Virus record (IMG/VR): IMGVR_UViG_3300032331_000527
Location: 64,001 to 128,000 of that record
Strand: one strand, 5' to 3'
Length of the DNA: 64,000 nt
From: a virus
Shown here: positions 1 through 10,644 of the stretch, one piece after another
Layout of the letters: the number at the start of each line of letters is the position of its first letter
Position numbering within the stretch: position 1 is the first letter of the stretch
The notes under the pieces: model-generated
The model's database searches: none
What the model was told of the DNA's origin: nothing
The model's input: only the letters and a program-made list of their open reading frames with translations
Program-made: the position numbers and the translations under genes

Positions 1-116
1 GTGACTTGAGCGTGATGATCAATATGAAATTGACGCATGAACGGCCACGCATGCGCGAGTCTGTGCATCCAGTAGATTGTGAACGTCCATAGAATGAATA
101 CAAGGAAATAATGCAT
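1..116 (-). CDS. Fatty acid hydroxylase/sterol desaturase family membrane protein (5' part; runs off the window)
   Basis: Manual translation from ATG 116: MHYFLVFILWTFTIYWMHRLAHAWPFMRQFHIDHHAQV. A hydrophobic N-terminus plus HRxxH and HxxHH histidine boxes; start overlaps the upstream stop (TGATG). Confidence 0.7.
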   Translation of the reverse strand, partial: MHYFLVFILWTFTIYWMHRLAHAWPFMRQFHIDHHAQV

Positions 117-1186
117 CACTTTATATAGTAGCGACGTGATAGGAAATGGCGTTTGCCGTTAATGAGATCTGTTGTCAGCTGTTTGTTAGATTCTATGTAG
201 AATTTGAACAACTCAGAATCCGTTTTATTTAGCATGAAACGATCTCGATTACTGAATCCAGTCGATGCAGATTTTTTTGAGAAGTGTCGTAGCGGATGTT
301 TCACATCTGGATAGATAAGCTTGACTATTATCTCTTCATAGTTTTTACAAAACAACGTATGCTTATTGAAAGTTCTAATGTTACCTCTATCTTCACCTAA
401 AAATCCATAATAGAAATTCATACATATATGCAACTGCTTACGCATAATCTCTTGTGCGTCTGGATGCGTATAGAAATTCACACGTTCAAAATTTTGATCT
501 AGATAATTACAACCATAATCCGAAACAGCTATGTCTGTGAAATCGGTATAGACTTTCAACGCCAGCGGATCTAATACGCTCATGCGAGGTTTGTCTGTAC
601 CAAACACAACAGCAGTTTTCTTTTCGTTTGTTCCTATGAACCGACGAAGATCGTGCCACCAGAGATGCGTTACGCTCGTGAATGCGCCTATATGTTTAAC
701 ATAATCCGTATTGTATTTTTGTACAAGCGAGAATTTATTGAAGTCTCTGAAATGCTCTGTGTAATCAGCGACAGTGATCTTTGTGTTAGGTAGATGCATA
801 TCATTAAGAGTAGGAAAGACGTTATGATATAAATCGCCGTTGTGATTATCATCCGTACCTTTCTCAGTATCTTGAGAAAGAGCACCTACTGTCAATATCT
901 CGTCGATGTGAATGTTGTTGTAGTAGAACGTTTCCAACATGAACGTAGAATCAATTCCGCCAGAGTAGCACAAAATCACATACTCGTAATCATCACGAAT
1001 CTGTTGTGCTCTCTGGCGATATAGTTCTGGAAGAGATGATGTTGGTTCTGTTGTCCAATCTACCTTTACGAACTCACGATCATAGTAGTAGAAAGCGCAT
1101 TGTTTATTAGATCGTTCTGCATCTACGCGATTGGCGTAGAAGTTCTTGTCGTTATCATAATAAAAGATGTTTGGATTTATCAACAT
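116..1186 (-). CDS. PP-loop (adenine nucleotide alpha-hydrolase-like) protein
   Basis: 356 aa with the LCYSGGIDS PP-loop motif; substrate unknown. Confidence 0.6.
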   Translation of the reverse strand: MLINPNIFYYDNDKNFYANRVDAERSNKQCAFYYYDREFVKVDWTTEPTSSLPELYRQRAQQIRDDYEYVILCYSGGIDSTFMLETFYYNNIHIDEILTVGALSQDTEKGTDDNHNGDLYHNVFPTLNDMHLPNTKITVADYTEHFRDFNKFSLVQKYNTDYVKHIGAFTSVTHLWWHDLRRFIGTNEKKTAVVFGTDKPRMSVLDPLALKVYTDFTDIAVSDYGCNYLDQNFERVNFYTHPDAQEIMRKQLHICMNFYYGFLGEDRGNIRTFNKHTLFCKNYEEIIVKLIYPDVKHPLRHFSKKSASTGFSNRDRFMLNKTDSELFKFYIESNKQLTTDLINGKRHFLSRRYYIK

Positions 1187-1196
1187 TATCCATTAT

Positions 1197-1643
1197 TTAG
1201 ACCGCAGAAGCTGTCTTCTTAATAAGATCCATGATTTCTTCATCGGTCAACTTCTCGTTCACAGGATCCTTCATCTGTGGAAGCGCAGTCATTTCAGGGA
1301 ATGTAAACGTCATAGTTTTTTCTACGCCTACAGGAACATGACTGTTAGTTGTGTCGATTGATGTGTTGGCAATATCTTTGATTCTCTTGATGAAAATAAC
1401 AGGAGCCCATCTTAAAATATACTCATCTAATTCTGGACCCGCTGGAATCATAGGAATTGGAAACTCTACAGCACAATCTGTTCTACAGAAACGTGGAGAT
1501 CCGTCTTCCATACGAAGAATGTTTTCTCTACCATTAACCAAATCACTAGCCAGATCCTCTTCGCTCACATGATCCGAATAGAAACGGACTGTTGCTGAAT
1601 GATTTTCTGGATATACCTGTAAAATTTTATACTTGATTATCAT
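1197..1643 (-). CDS. Hypothetical protein, possibly a fibre assembly or accessory factor
   Basis: 148 aa ORF directly downstream of the adhesin gene; the function guess is positional only. Confidence 0.5.
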   Translation of the reverse strand: MIIKYKILQVYPENHSATVRFYSDHVSEEDLASDLVNGRENILRMEDGSPRFCRTDCAVEFPIPMIPAGPELDEYILRWAPVIFIKRIKDIANTSIDTTNSHVPVGVEKTMTFTFPEMTALPQMKDPVNEKLTDEEIMDLIKKTASAV

Positions 1644-1658
1644 CGAAGATACCCTTTG

Positions 1659-2744
1659 TTATCCTAATGGACCCGTTCTGGTTCCTGCGTTAATATAACT
1701 CGTGATGAGAGATCCACCGTATACAGCATTTCCTTGTGCTGCAGGAGTTCCTGGAGTTCCTCCTGCACCAGTTGCGCCTGTTGCTCCATATCCACCAGCA
1801 CCTCCGCCTCCACGTCCACCCCAACTTGCGTCGTTTGGTGCATGTGAACCATATCCACCAGTTGCACCACCGGCAGTTGAAGCACCACCTTGGCCACCTA
1901 TACCTTGATATTCGTTCCAGCCGCCACCAAGACCTCCACCACCGCCACCGCCGTATGTGTTGTAACCCGTTCCACCGCCAGCGCCACCAGATCCATTTCC
2001 ATGCGAACCAATACCGGCACCGCCACCACCGCCAGCACCAGCATTTCCTTGAACAGTAGCTGTGTTTCCACCTCCGCCTCCGCCACCGCCACCATACCAA
2101 TAGCTATATCCTGGAACACCTTTAGAAGGACCAGTGTATAGGATACCGAGACCACCGCCTCCGCCTCCTCCACCGCCGCCCCATCCACCAGTACCGCCTG
2201 GTCCACCTGCGCCGCCGGCACCACCAGTTCCACCTGTACCGCCTACTATGGATCCGGAATTATCTACATACAGTTTCGTGCTTGTATTTGTATCAACATA
2301 AAATGCTGGTCCGCCAACTGATCCTGGAGTTCCTGGAGTTCCTCCTACACCGGTGCCTCCTGTTGCTCCAGGATTTCCGCCACCACCATATCCAACACCA
2401 CCATTACCGCTACCACCTGGACCGTTTCCTAATCCGACACCTCCACCGCCGCCGGCTCCACCATATCCCCAAGTTCCTGGACCACCGCCTGGTCCAGCAG
2501 GACCATTCGCTCCAGTTGCACCAGTAATTACAGCACTATTTTTAACGTGTAGATACGAACCGGTAGGGAATGTGCCTGTTCTGAATGCAGGAGTACCTGT
2601 TCCAGATGCTCCTAGATTTCCATTGATGAATGCAACCAGATGCAACGGATAGCTAGGACTACCCGCTTGACTTAATAGATTGACATCGTTCTGAGAAGCG
2701 ATGTTAACAATCTTGTGGGGACGAGGAATTAATGCTAGAAACAT
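1659..2744 (-). CDS. Glycine-rich receptor-recognising adhesin, T-even gp38-like
   Basis: Polyglycine tracts interleaved with YLHVKNSAVITG and LYVDNSGSIVGG beta segments; C-terminal GNAVYGGSLITSYINAGTRTG resembles the gp38 C-terminus; follows a fibre gene. Confidence 0.65.
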   Translation of the reverse strand: MFLALIPRPHKIVNIASQNDVNLLSQAGSPSYPLHLVAFINGNLGASGTGTPAFRTGTFPTGSYLHVKNSAVITGATGANGPAGPGGGPGTWGYGGAGGGGGVGLGNGPGGSGNGGVGYGGGGNPGATGGTGVGGTPGTPGSVGGPAFYVDTNTSTKLYVDNSGSIVGGTGGTGGAGGAGGPGGTGGWGGGGGGGGGGLGILYTGPSKGVPGYSYWYGGGGGGGGGNTATVQGNAGAGGGGGAGIGSHGNGSGGAGGGTGYNTYGGGGGGGLGGGWNEYQGIGGQGGASTAGGATGGYGSHAPNDASWGGRGGGGAGGYGATGATGAGGTPGTPAAQGNAVYGGSLITSYINAGTRTGPLG

Positions 2745-2751
2745 TTTATCC

Positions 2752-3915
2752 TTATCTTACGTCTGGGAGGAAAGAACCGTATAAATTTGTGCCATCAGAA
2801 ACAAAAGACAATATGTCGCGACGAGCTGCTGTTGTCGATAAGACAGGAGCAACTGCACCAACCCATTTGAATACTGCGTTCCATGCTATCGTGCGTGAAC
2901 CAGTGCCGTCTTGAATGACGTGTAGAATATATGTACCAACTTTAAGATTGGTAGGAGCAGCCATAGTTCTGTTGCCGCCAAGAGTTATTGTAGCAACACG
3001 ACCAAGGGATGTATCCCAAGTAATTGTAGCACCGTCTGTTAGTGTCTGTGATAGAGCATTTGATTTATCGGTTGTTGTGCCGTTAATTGTGGTGTTACCA
3101 GAAACTGTGAGGTTTTGTGTCACCGTCATCGAGTTACAAGCAGTTACTAGGCCGCTTGATGCGATGCGCATACGTTCTGTTGATCCGGCAGCAAACTTCA
3201 TGTTTGACGAAGTATCAATCGTCATCCAACCTTTTTCAAGAGTATTTCCGTTGTTAACCCATTGGATAAAAGCCCCTTCAGTATCGCCAGAATTTTGACG
3301 AAGAATTATCGCTCCTGTTGTAGCCGCGGAATCCTGAACAAATCTTGATCCCCCATTCACATCAAGTTTGCGTGAAGTCGAATTCATCCCAATTCCCATA
3401 TTACCCATAACATAAGTATTTGCACCAACAAACAGATTGGTAGAAACTGTTGCACGACCCGTAACACCGAACCAACCAGTCGTATTCGTTGTGTGTCCAG
3501 CACCACCGATTGTTAGAGTAGATGAGGTACCACCGATTGTTACTGTTTTGCTTGCACCACCGAGAGTCGTGTTGCCAGATACCGTTAGATTGGTACCAAT
3601 AGTCGCGCGACCTGTAACAGTCAATAGATCCGAAACATCGTCACCAAGATTAATATTTCCGTTTATAGTAGTGTTGCCGGAAATAATGATGTTACCGTTA
3701 ACAGAAAGAAGTCCGTTAACAATAGCTCTATTAGAACCTGTAGTACCTAGTCGAGTAGATCCAGCTGATACGAAACGGACGTTAGCGGTAATGGTATTTG
3801 CGTAGAGCTTTGATTCGTCAATGGCGAACTGGTTCAATCGAGTTACGAGATTGTTTGTTCTTGTGCGCCATGTATCAAACGTATTTGTTAAGGCGACGTT
3901 AGCGAGTAAGGCCAT
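2752..3915 (-). CDS. Tail fibre protein
   Basis: N-terminal TNTFDTWRTRTN attachment motif of T4-like fibres; repeated NLTVSGNTT beta units; ERMRI fibre motif. Confidence 0.75.
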   Translation of the reverse strand: MALLANVALTNTFDTWRTRTNNLVTRLNQFAIDESKLYANTITANVRFVSAGSTRLGTTGSNRAIVNGLLSVNGNIIISGNTTINGNINLGDDVSDLLTVTGRATIGTNLTVSGNTTLGGASKTVTIGGTSSTLTIGGAGHTTNTTGWFGVTGRATVSTNLFVGANTYVMGNMGIGMNSTSRKLDVNGGSRFVQDSAATTGAIILRQNSGDTEGAFIQWVNNGNTLEKGWMTIDTSSNMKFAAGSTERMRIASSGLVTACNSMTVTQNLTVSGNTTINGTTTDKSNALSQTLTDGATITWDTSLGRVATITLGGNRTMAAPTNLKVGTYILHVIQDGTGSRTIAWNAVFKWVGAVAPVLSTTAARRDILSFVSDGTNLYGSFLPDVR

Positions 3916-3918
3916 TGC

Positions 3919-4137
3919 TTATCCTATCTTGTCTAAAATACGCTGCATGAGCGTCTTAAGATCGTTGATCTCTTGCTTTATGTTATTTATGTCCGAGATT
4001 GACGACTCAATTTCTTTAGCGTGAGCTTTTCTTTTTTTATAGGCTTGAAGACCGTTAGTGTCGGTATTCAATACAGCCTGAGTCGTCATGTCTCGAACAT
4101 ACTCTGGTTTTTCTTTCACTCGAGCGAACTTTTCCAT
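3919..4137 (-). CDS. Conserved small coiled-coil protein of T4-like phages
   Basis: 72 aa, RD..TQAVLNTD...AYK followed by a coiled coil; typical position after the DUF4815 gene. Confidence 0.65.
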   Translation of the reverse strand: MEKFARVKEKPEYVRDMTTQAVLNTDTNGLQAYKKRKAHAKEIESSISDINNIKQEINDLKTLMQRILDKIG

Positions 4138-4140
4138 ATA

Positions 4141-7100
4141 TTATACCTGTAGAGCGATAGCTCTTAAATCCCTCACGCGAGGAGGATTTGTGCTGGTGCT
4201 ATTTATGAGTACGATCTTAATCTGGAAATACTTGAACGTTTCGAATTTGGCTTTCGCTGTGTTCAGATACTTATAGATGCCCGATGAAGTGTTAGAACCA
4301 AACTTATACGGCGAACCGCTTGAAGCTGCATAGTCAGGCACATCATATACGAGTTCAATAAAATCGTTTTTGTTTTCGCTGCTTGAATAGCGAGTTCCAG
4401 AAGTAAATCCTTGATCAGTATTAAGAGTCATCGGAATCCAACGAGCCTGATCCATAGTATCACTATCAGAAGCATTTAAAGCTTTCATATAAACTAGGAT
4501 ATCTGATCCAGATGGTTTATATACGGTTAGATATGCGCGAAGATCTTCAGCGTCTTGACCATCAGCCAATGTTACGATACGAGTGATATATCGAGCTTCT
4601 GAACTTCCGCCAAACTGAACATAATCTTCTGTTGTTCCTATAGCCGTAGCAGTACTAATCAAATTATGTGTCGAGTACAATGTGATACGACTTAGATCGA
4701 TAGCAGGAGATGCTACTTTATTGCGTCCATCTAGCTGATACATAATTTCTACTGATCTATTCGTAGCCATTGTAGCAGAAGTTGCAGCTGTATTAGATTC
4801 ATTGCTGCGACTTAGGATATACCTTGGTACACTGAATTCATTGTCTCCATTCATATTCAACTTGAAGAACGTAGTGTCACGTGCGCTCGTACTTGTAGCC
4901 ATCTTAGCATAAGCACGAACTTGATTGTTTGACGGCTGAATCATATTCGTGATCAAGTTGACATTGTCCATCGCAAGATTAATGATGGAAACAATACGTC
5001 CGCTGTATCCGTTTGTTTGACCCTTGATATATGTGCCAGCCAAGAACAATCTTGCGTTAGCGAACGCAGGACCTGTGTTGATATACGATACGTTAGCAAC
5101 AACCAGACGTGTATTAGCATAGTTCGTACTATCATAATAATACACACGTCCTGTTGGATACGTAGCAGAAGTTGTAGCAGAAGAAGTGAGAATCAATTGA
5201 CCATTAGTCGCATTTCTGTATGCATTGTTCGCGATCTTAACTCTTACTTGCTCACCACCTCTAAATGGCGTACCTGCTGAAACTTCTCGAACTCTAATTG
5301 CGTCAGTAGCGAACTTAACAATTTTTCCTGTAGCTCCAGAAGTCACACCGACAACATATGCAGATCCATTCGTAACGTGACGACCAATTGAAATGTTACC
5401 GTTAGCCGCTGCAGCTGCTCCAGTCCAGGTACCAGATGTTGTTGCGAAGTTACCTACGATACGAGTTTCGCCGTGAATAACTTCACCAGTTCTTGAAAGA
5501 GCACCAGTCGTGTTCGCGATATTAAATGTGTCGCGAGCAGGATTCTTTACGATAAGATTACCAACATTGCTTGTGTCAAACTCAGCATAGTAAGCAGTGT
5601 ATTTTAGATCTTCATCGATAACTGGTTCGTAAATTCGATCGTTTGATGAATAGTAAAGGACTCCGCTTGCTGGCTGTTCTGAGATACGAGCACCTTCTCC
5701 CTTGAGCGCACGAGCTGCACCAATTCCTGTATAGTCATTCATTCCGATAACAGCAGTATGAATTAGATAATTTGGATTTGTTGCGATTGGAGCAACAAGA
5801 ACAGCATATTCAGTTTCGTCAGAAAGATAAACTGGCGCAGGGAAATATACTGGTGTTGGTACTGTTGCGTCATCACTGATGTTAACATCATCTGGCTGTA
5901 GTGTAACACGACCATATGGCAGAACACGACGAGTAATCGTACCGCTGGCAGGATCTACTTCACGGAGTTGAATTTCAACACCAAGTTTCGCGTCCTTGCC
6001 CTGGAAATATAAATCCATCTTGGTAATATACATACCACTCGTTTCGATTTGAGCAGTATGACGACCGGTAACAACGAAAGTTTGAGCAAGAGGATCCTGT
6101 TCGTTCGCTGGAGCGAAGTCTTGCACGCTTACGATTCTAGATCCTGTTGCGACTGATGTTGAACTCTGAGAACCAGTTGAAGATTTTAATAATGCAGTTT
6201 GTGTAATCTCAACAGATTTAGTTGTTGTAGAAAGAGCAGAAACTGTTGAAGACAATCCTTCAGCTGTGTATTGAGCTTCAGCTGCTGTTGTATATTGTCC
6301 TTTTGTACTAGAATTTGTTGCATTATCAACAAAACGTAGACGCTTGGTACCAGTTTTGAATTTAAGAGCTGCATCATTAGGCAAACGGAATACACCGTAA
6401 ATAAAACCTCCTGATCCAACTACCATTGCAGAACCTTCTGCTGATGCTGGTTTAACCGGATTTCCATTAGAATCTTTAAGACCAGATAGATATTCAGCTT
6501 CTGTCAATGGTGTTACATATGCGCTAACATATGTATCATCAAAGAACGCATATAGAGTGCTAGAAGGGCGCATACCTTCAATTTTAAACAAAATCATACG
6601 AGAACGCATAAAAGGTATGATACTTGTATCTTTAACGATATTTCCGTAAGATTGCGTATTCGTGTTTACCTTAATGCCTGTTTGATTGCCAGTTTGAGTA
6701 GTGATTGTTGGAGTAGCATATGTAGAAGTTGTTTGAGTTGAAGCGCTGGTTACTAAGGTATCACCACCACCAGCAGCGTTGCCCATAAGCCACTGTTGTT
6801 GATAAGCAGTATCTACTGTTACGCTTCCTGTGAGTACTGGCGCTCCAGTAAATGAAGTGATAGGCGCATTCCACGTTGCTGGCCAGGTAGACGCAAGATA
6901 TTCCCATGCGTCAGTATTCTGATCGATCATGATGTTAGTATCTGGACCCTGAACAGTATCACACCAGTAATCAGAATCTGGCGTTAGAGTCATGGTACCT
7001 CTATAGCTATAAGAAGCACCTGATCCGTTTCTTGTTGTTGATGCATATGGTTGATTGACAAGCACCTTATGTGAATAAGGAAGTGTTACTAGAAGACCTG

Positions 7101-10100
7101 GAGATTGTGTTTGAACAGCAGAAATAGTGAGTGTCCCACCACCATCGCTACTTGTGACTGTTGCGCCTGCTACGAAATTGCCTGTGGCGTTTTCAATATA
7201 GATTCTAGTTCCTACTTTATGACGGATAGTCGCAGTATATGATCCAGAAGTTACTGTTGCGCCGGCTTTAAATGAATTCGTTCCAGGAGTTGTAGTGAAC
7301 GTGACACGCTGATCTTTAGATACACCAGCAGGAGTTACGTTCGTGCGAACAACATATGTTGAATTAGACGTATAATGTAGTGGTGTTTCGTCAATCGTGA
7401 AACGAGGACGCATTTGACCTTTTTCAGGATCGATCGCGATCTTATAATCAAGATCAAACACATTACCTACTGCGTGTGAAGTAAATGAGTCAACGAGAAT
7501 ACCGTTCTTGAAACGATCAGCACCGGCATTATCTTGAACGAGCATGTCACTCGCGCTCTTCTCAAGAAGATTGAGAGAAGTGTAATATTCAAGACGATCG
7601 ATACGTTGAGCAATTTGTCCTATATCTTTCATCGTATAACGACGATTGCTTAGCTTTTTAAGACCAATAGCTTGATCTGGACGTCCATAACGACGAGCCA
7701 TAACAGCAGGGATTGAAGGATATGGAGAAACTCCAATCATAGCCATAGCCATAACATCATCAGGAACTGTTGGTGGAACTGGTCTTTGACCAGCAACGCC
7801 GCGAGTAATATTAAGTTTACCTTTTTCAGTTAAACCGACGATGTCGATACGAGATTGATAATAACTAAGATCTGTTGTGAAATCTTCATTTGGTGGAGTA
7901 AAATGCAAACCGCCTGAAGGAAGAACGAAAGTATTCGCTACCTTTGGATTAATAGAAATATTTGTCAGAGATGTTACGCTATTGGCACTATCTGTTTTTC
8001 TAGGACGGAAATCCACACTATCTCTAAGATCGTATGTTGTGCCTGATGTTTTTGATTTGTATAGAGGAATTTCGTATGTGAATATCTTAGCTGTATCTGT
8101 TCCTGCCGTAGCATCATTAACTGGATAAGAGTCTACAGAAAAGAATCCTCTACCAGAAGTACCATGAGCAAGATAATCTAACTTAACAAGCAAACGATCG
8201 TTCGCACTAATTGTTAATGAGCTAGAAGGAATCTTAACTAGCTTGGCGTGATCATAGAAACTGTCTTCCATTCCCGAATCTAGAACGAATTGTGAAGTAA
8301 CATCAGACCCATCTGTAGTTGTTACGAAATTTGAACCGTTCTTCTTGCGAACTGATACGAGTTTAAATCCGTCCGAGAATCCAAGAGGCCAAGGTCCAGA
8401 CGTGTTAGCCACATATGAAGTTCCGCCACCATTGTTTACGTTGATTTGTACCAAACGTCCACGTTGAACAGTTTTCGTTTCTTCTTGTGAAAGCAGCTTG
8501 TTTAATTTTACGATTACTGTTGCGTCGAGCGTTCCCGCTCCCGCGATAGTTTCGTTCAGATTTAGAACAGCCGTATTCAATGGTGTACCAGAAGGAGTAA
8601 TAGCACGAGCGCCATTTCTTCCATATCCAGCAAAATCAAGAATTTGTCCGCCTTTAAATTTCTTAAAGTATGCACCGTTCGTTATTGTAGAACCAGCATT
8701 GTTCAGAACGCTAAGAGTCGTTGCGCCAACTGCACTTACGATAAAGTCTCCTGCGAGACCAATATTGATAATATCGCCTACAGCTACTTGTCCAGTGAAG
8801 TTAGGTGTTGTTGAACCTTGTGTTACTGTGTTAGCACCACTTGTGATAGATACAGTACCTGTTAGAGTAGATGTGTTTGCGTTTCCACGAGAAACAATAT
8901 ACCAATCAGAACGCTGTCCGTCTGAGCTGAGAGCAACACCAGCACTTCCATCGTATGTTTCATCCGCTGCGCCAGTCGACAATGAATATGTACCGGCAGA
9001 GTTGAACGTGATATCAAATGATTTATAGAATGTGAAATCGTTTCTAACTGCATCGCTGCTGCTACGAAGCTTTCTTATAGCTGTAGCAGGCAAACGAAAA
9101 AGCGCAGTATCATAATTTGGTGAAGTCATTGCTGCAGCAGGAGAAGCTACGATATCAGCTTTTCCTAGAACAGTACCTGTTCCTCCGTTGTATCCAATGG
9201 ACTGAACATTCTTGAACGTGTATCCGGCATTCAATTTGATATCTGTTAGATATAGTTTATAGAAAGCTCCAGGAGTACCAGGAGTTCCGCTATAATATTC
9301 AACACCACGAACACGAGCTTTACCTACTTCGTTTCCTGGAAAATTAGTTGATGAATACACTTTTGTGAAAACTGCATTCGCTTGTAGCGTACGAAGTGAA
9401 ACAACGCCTTGTTGATTTAAATCCCACTGTCCGCATACGTTACGCACAATAACATAGTTGCCGTAATCAGCAAGAGTCTTGGCGTCGGCAATTGTTTGAT
9501 AATCAATACCCTTATCAATAGTTTTGCTTGTTGAAACAATACGATCTACGTCATATCCATGAACATAAGCTTTTCCTGGCTCTGCGAACACAACAAGCTG
9601 TGATGAATTTCCGCCTTCTCCTGATGTGTAGATACCTTGATTGTTACCAGTCTTTAGATGCTCTTTGACGCTGATATTGAATCCTTGTACAACATAGTCT
9701 CCAGATTCATCGTATGTACGACTAGCAATATAATCACGAATTTTAGCATATTCTGTTTTTGTAGAAGTAGACTGAATAGTACCATTTTTAACTTGCATAA
9801 GTTCTACGAATGTATTTGATACAGTAGCAGTTAGATCTACTGCAATGATAGGCGCAGTCAATTTAAGACGAGCTGCGCCAGGAGCTGCATAATTATACGC
9901 TCCGCTCGCTGGATCTAGGAGAGTTCCGTCGTCGACTTCAGTTACGATTGTTTCTGCTACGTCAAATCCTACACGAGCACTACCAGTCGTAGAATATTTA
10001 CTGATAACAACTGTTTGAGCAGGAACGCGAATGAAGTGATCTTTAGCATAGATAACGCCGGCATTAAAAGTAGCTGCCGTTCCAATACCCGCAGCTCCAC

Positions 10101-10632
10101 CTTGCGCAGAAGTGATAGTGTTGGCATAAAGGATTGAACCGGTTGCGGCTACTGTGCGAATGATTTCATTGTTAGCGAAATAACGATAACCAGTAGAATT
10201 ATTAGCCGCAAGATACTTTACAAATAAAGTTTTCGTACCAGATCCAGCTGAATTTGCTTCTGAACCATCATTCGTATTGATAACAGTAGCAAGAACGCCA
10301 GAAGTCTGACCCTTAATGATTTGATTTTGGAAATTCGTTACGACTACGGTATTGCTAGTCGAATTCTTATCACGAAGCTTTAGATAGTAGTAATCTGTAT
10401 CATAATACATCTCCATGCCCTTAACAGTAGAGCCTTCCTTGAAGATGTTTTCTGCGAAACGATCGATTTGATTTTGAAGGATTGTTTGCATCTGCGTAAG
10501 TTCACGAGCCTGTACAGCCAATCCTGGACGGAAAAGAATTCTATGGAAATTCTTTGTTTCGTCAAAATCGTCGTAGTATGGATCTACGTTGAAATTCGTA
10601 GATAGCGATACGTTATTTGCGTCTAAAGCCAT
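4141..10632 (-). CDS. Large virion structural protein, DUF4815/VrlC-like
   Basis: 2163 aa; NVDPYYDDFDETKNFHRILFRPGLAVQARELTQMQ N-terminus, DRFKNGILVDSF, DPLAQTF and C-terminal PRVRDLRAIAL. Confidence 0.85.
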   Translation of the reverse strand: MALDANNVSLSTNFNVDPYYDDFDETKNFHRILFRPGLAVQARELTQMQTILQNQIDRFAENIFKEGSTVKGMEMYYDTDYYYLKLRDKNSTSNTVVVTNFQNQIIKGQTSGVLATVINTNDGSEANSAGSGTKTLFVKYLAANNSTGYRYFANNEIIRTVAATGSILYANTITSAQGGAAGIGTAATFNAGVIYAKDHFIRVPAQTVVISKYSTTGSARVGFDVAETIVTEVDDGTLLDPASGAYNYAAPGAARLKLTAPIIAVDLTATVSNTFVELMQVKNGTIQSTSTKTEYAKIRDYIASRTYDESGDYVVQGFNISVKEHLKTGNNQGIYTSGEGGNSSQLVVFAEPGKAYVHGYDVDRIVSTSKTIDKGIDYQTIADAKTLADYGNYVIVRNVCGQWDLNQQGVVSLRTLQANAVFTKVYSSTNFPGNEVGKARVRGVEYYSGTPGTPGAFYKLYLTDIKLNAGYTFKNVQSIGYNGGTGTVLGKADIVASPAAAMTSPNYDTALFRLPATAIRKLRSSSDAVRNDFTFYKSFDITFNSAGTYSLSTGAADETYDGSAGVALSSDGQRSDWYIVSRGNANTSTLTGTVSITSGANTVTQGSTTPNFTGQVAVGDIINIGLAGDFIVSAVGATTLSVLNNAGSTITNGAYFKKFKGGQILDFAGYGRNGARAITPSGTPLNTAVLNLNETIAGAGTLDATVIVKLNKLLSQEETKTVQRGRLVQINVNNGGGTSYVANTSGPWPLGFSDGFKLVSVRKKNGSNFVTTTDGSDVTSQFVLDSGMEDSFYDHAKLVKIPSSSLTISANDRLLVKLDYLAHGTSGRGFFSVDSYPVNDATAGTDTAKIFTYEIPLYKSKTSGTTYDLRDSVDFRPRKTDSANSVTSLTNISINPKVANTFVLPSGGLHFTPPNEDFTTDLSYYQSRIDIVGLTEKGKLNITRGVAGQRPVPPTVPDDVMAMAMIGVSPYPSIPAVMARRYGRPDQAIGLKKLSNRRYTMKDIGQIAQRIDRLEYYTSLNLLEKSASDMLVQDNAGADRFKNGILVDSFTSHAVGNVFDLDYKIAIDPEKGQMRPRFTIDETPLHYTSNSTYVVRTNVTPAGVSKDQRVTFTTTPGTNSFKAGATVTSGSYTATIRHKVGTRIYIENATGNFVAGATVTSSDGGGTLTISAVQTQSPGLLVTLPYSHKVLVNQPYASTTRNGSGASYSYRGTMTLTPDSDYWCDTVQGPDTNIMIDQNTDAWEYLASTWPATWNAPITSFTGAPVLTGSVTVDTAYQQQWLMGNAAGGGDTLVTSASTQTTSTYATPTITTQTGNQTGIKVNTNTQSYGNIVKDTSIIPFMRSRMILFKIEGMRPSSTLYAFFDDTYVSAYVTPLTEAEYLSGLKDSNGNPVKPASAEGSAMVVGSGGFIYGVFRLPNDAALKFKTGTKRLRFVDNATNSSTKGQYTTAAEAQYTAEGLSSTVSALSTTTKSVEITQTALLKSSTGSQSSTSVATGSRIVSVQDFAPANEQDPLAQTFVVTGRHTAQIETSGMYITKMDLYFQGKDAKLGVEIQLREVDPASGTITRRVLPYGRVTLQPDDVNISDDATVPTPVYFPAPVYLSDETEYAVLVAPIATNPNYLIHTAVIGMNDYTGIGAARALKGEGARISEQPASGVLYYSSNDRIYEPVIDEDLKYTAYYAEFDTSNVGNLIVKNPARDTFNIANTTGALSRTGEVIHGETRIVGNFATTSGTWTGAAAAANGNISIGRHVTNGSAYVVGVTSGATGKIVKFATDAIRVREVSAGTPFRGGEQVRVKIANNAYRNATNGQLILTSSATTSATYPTGRVYYYDSTNYANTRLVVANVSYINTGPAFANARLFLAGTYIKGQTNGYSGRIVSIINLAMDNVNLITNMIQPSNNQVRAYAKMATSTSARDTTFFKLNMNGDNEFSVPRYILSRSNESNTAATSATMATNRSVEIMYQLDGRNKVASPAIDLSRITLYSTHNLISTATAIGTTEDYVQFGGSSEARYITRIVTLADGQDAEDLRAYLTVYKPSGSDILVYMKALNASDSDTMDQARWIPMTLNTDQGFTSGTRYSSSENKNDFIELVYDVPDYAASSGSPYKFGSNTSSGIYKYLNTAKAKFETFKYFQIKIVLINSTSTNPPRVRDLRAIALQV

Positions 10633-10644
10633 GATACCTTCCGA

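Noticed and set aside
1664-2652. Arg/Trp-, His- and Pro-rich overlapping ORFs
   Set aside because: They are alternative-frame artefacts of GGN-rich glycine codons.
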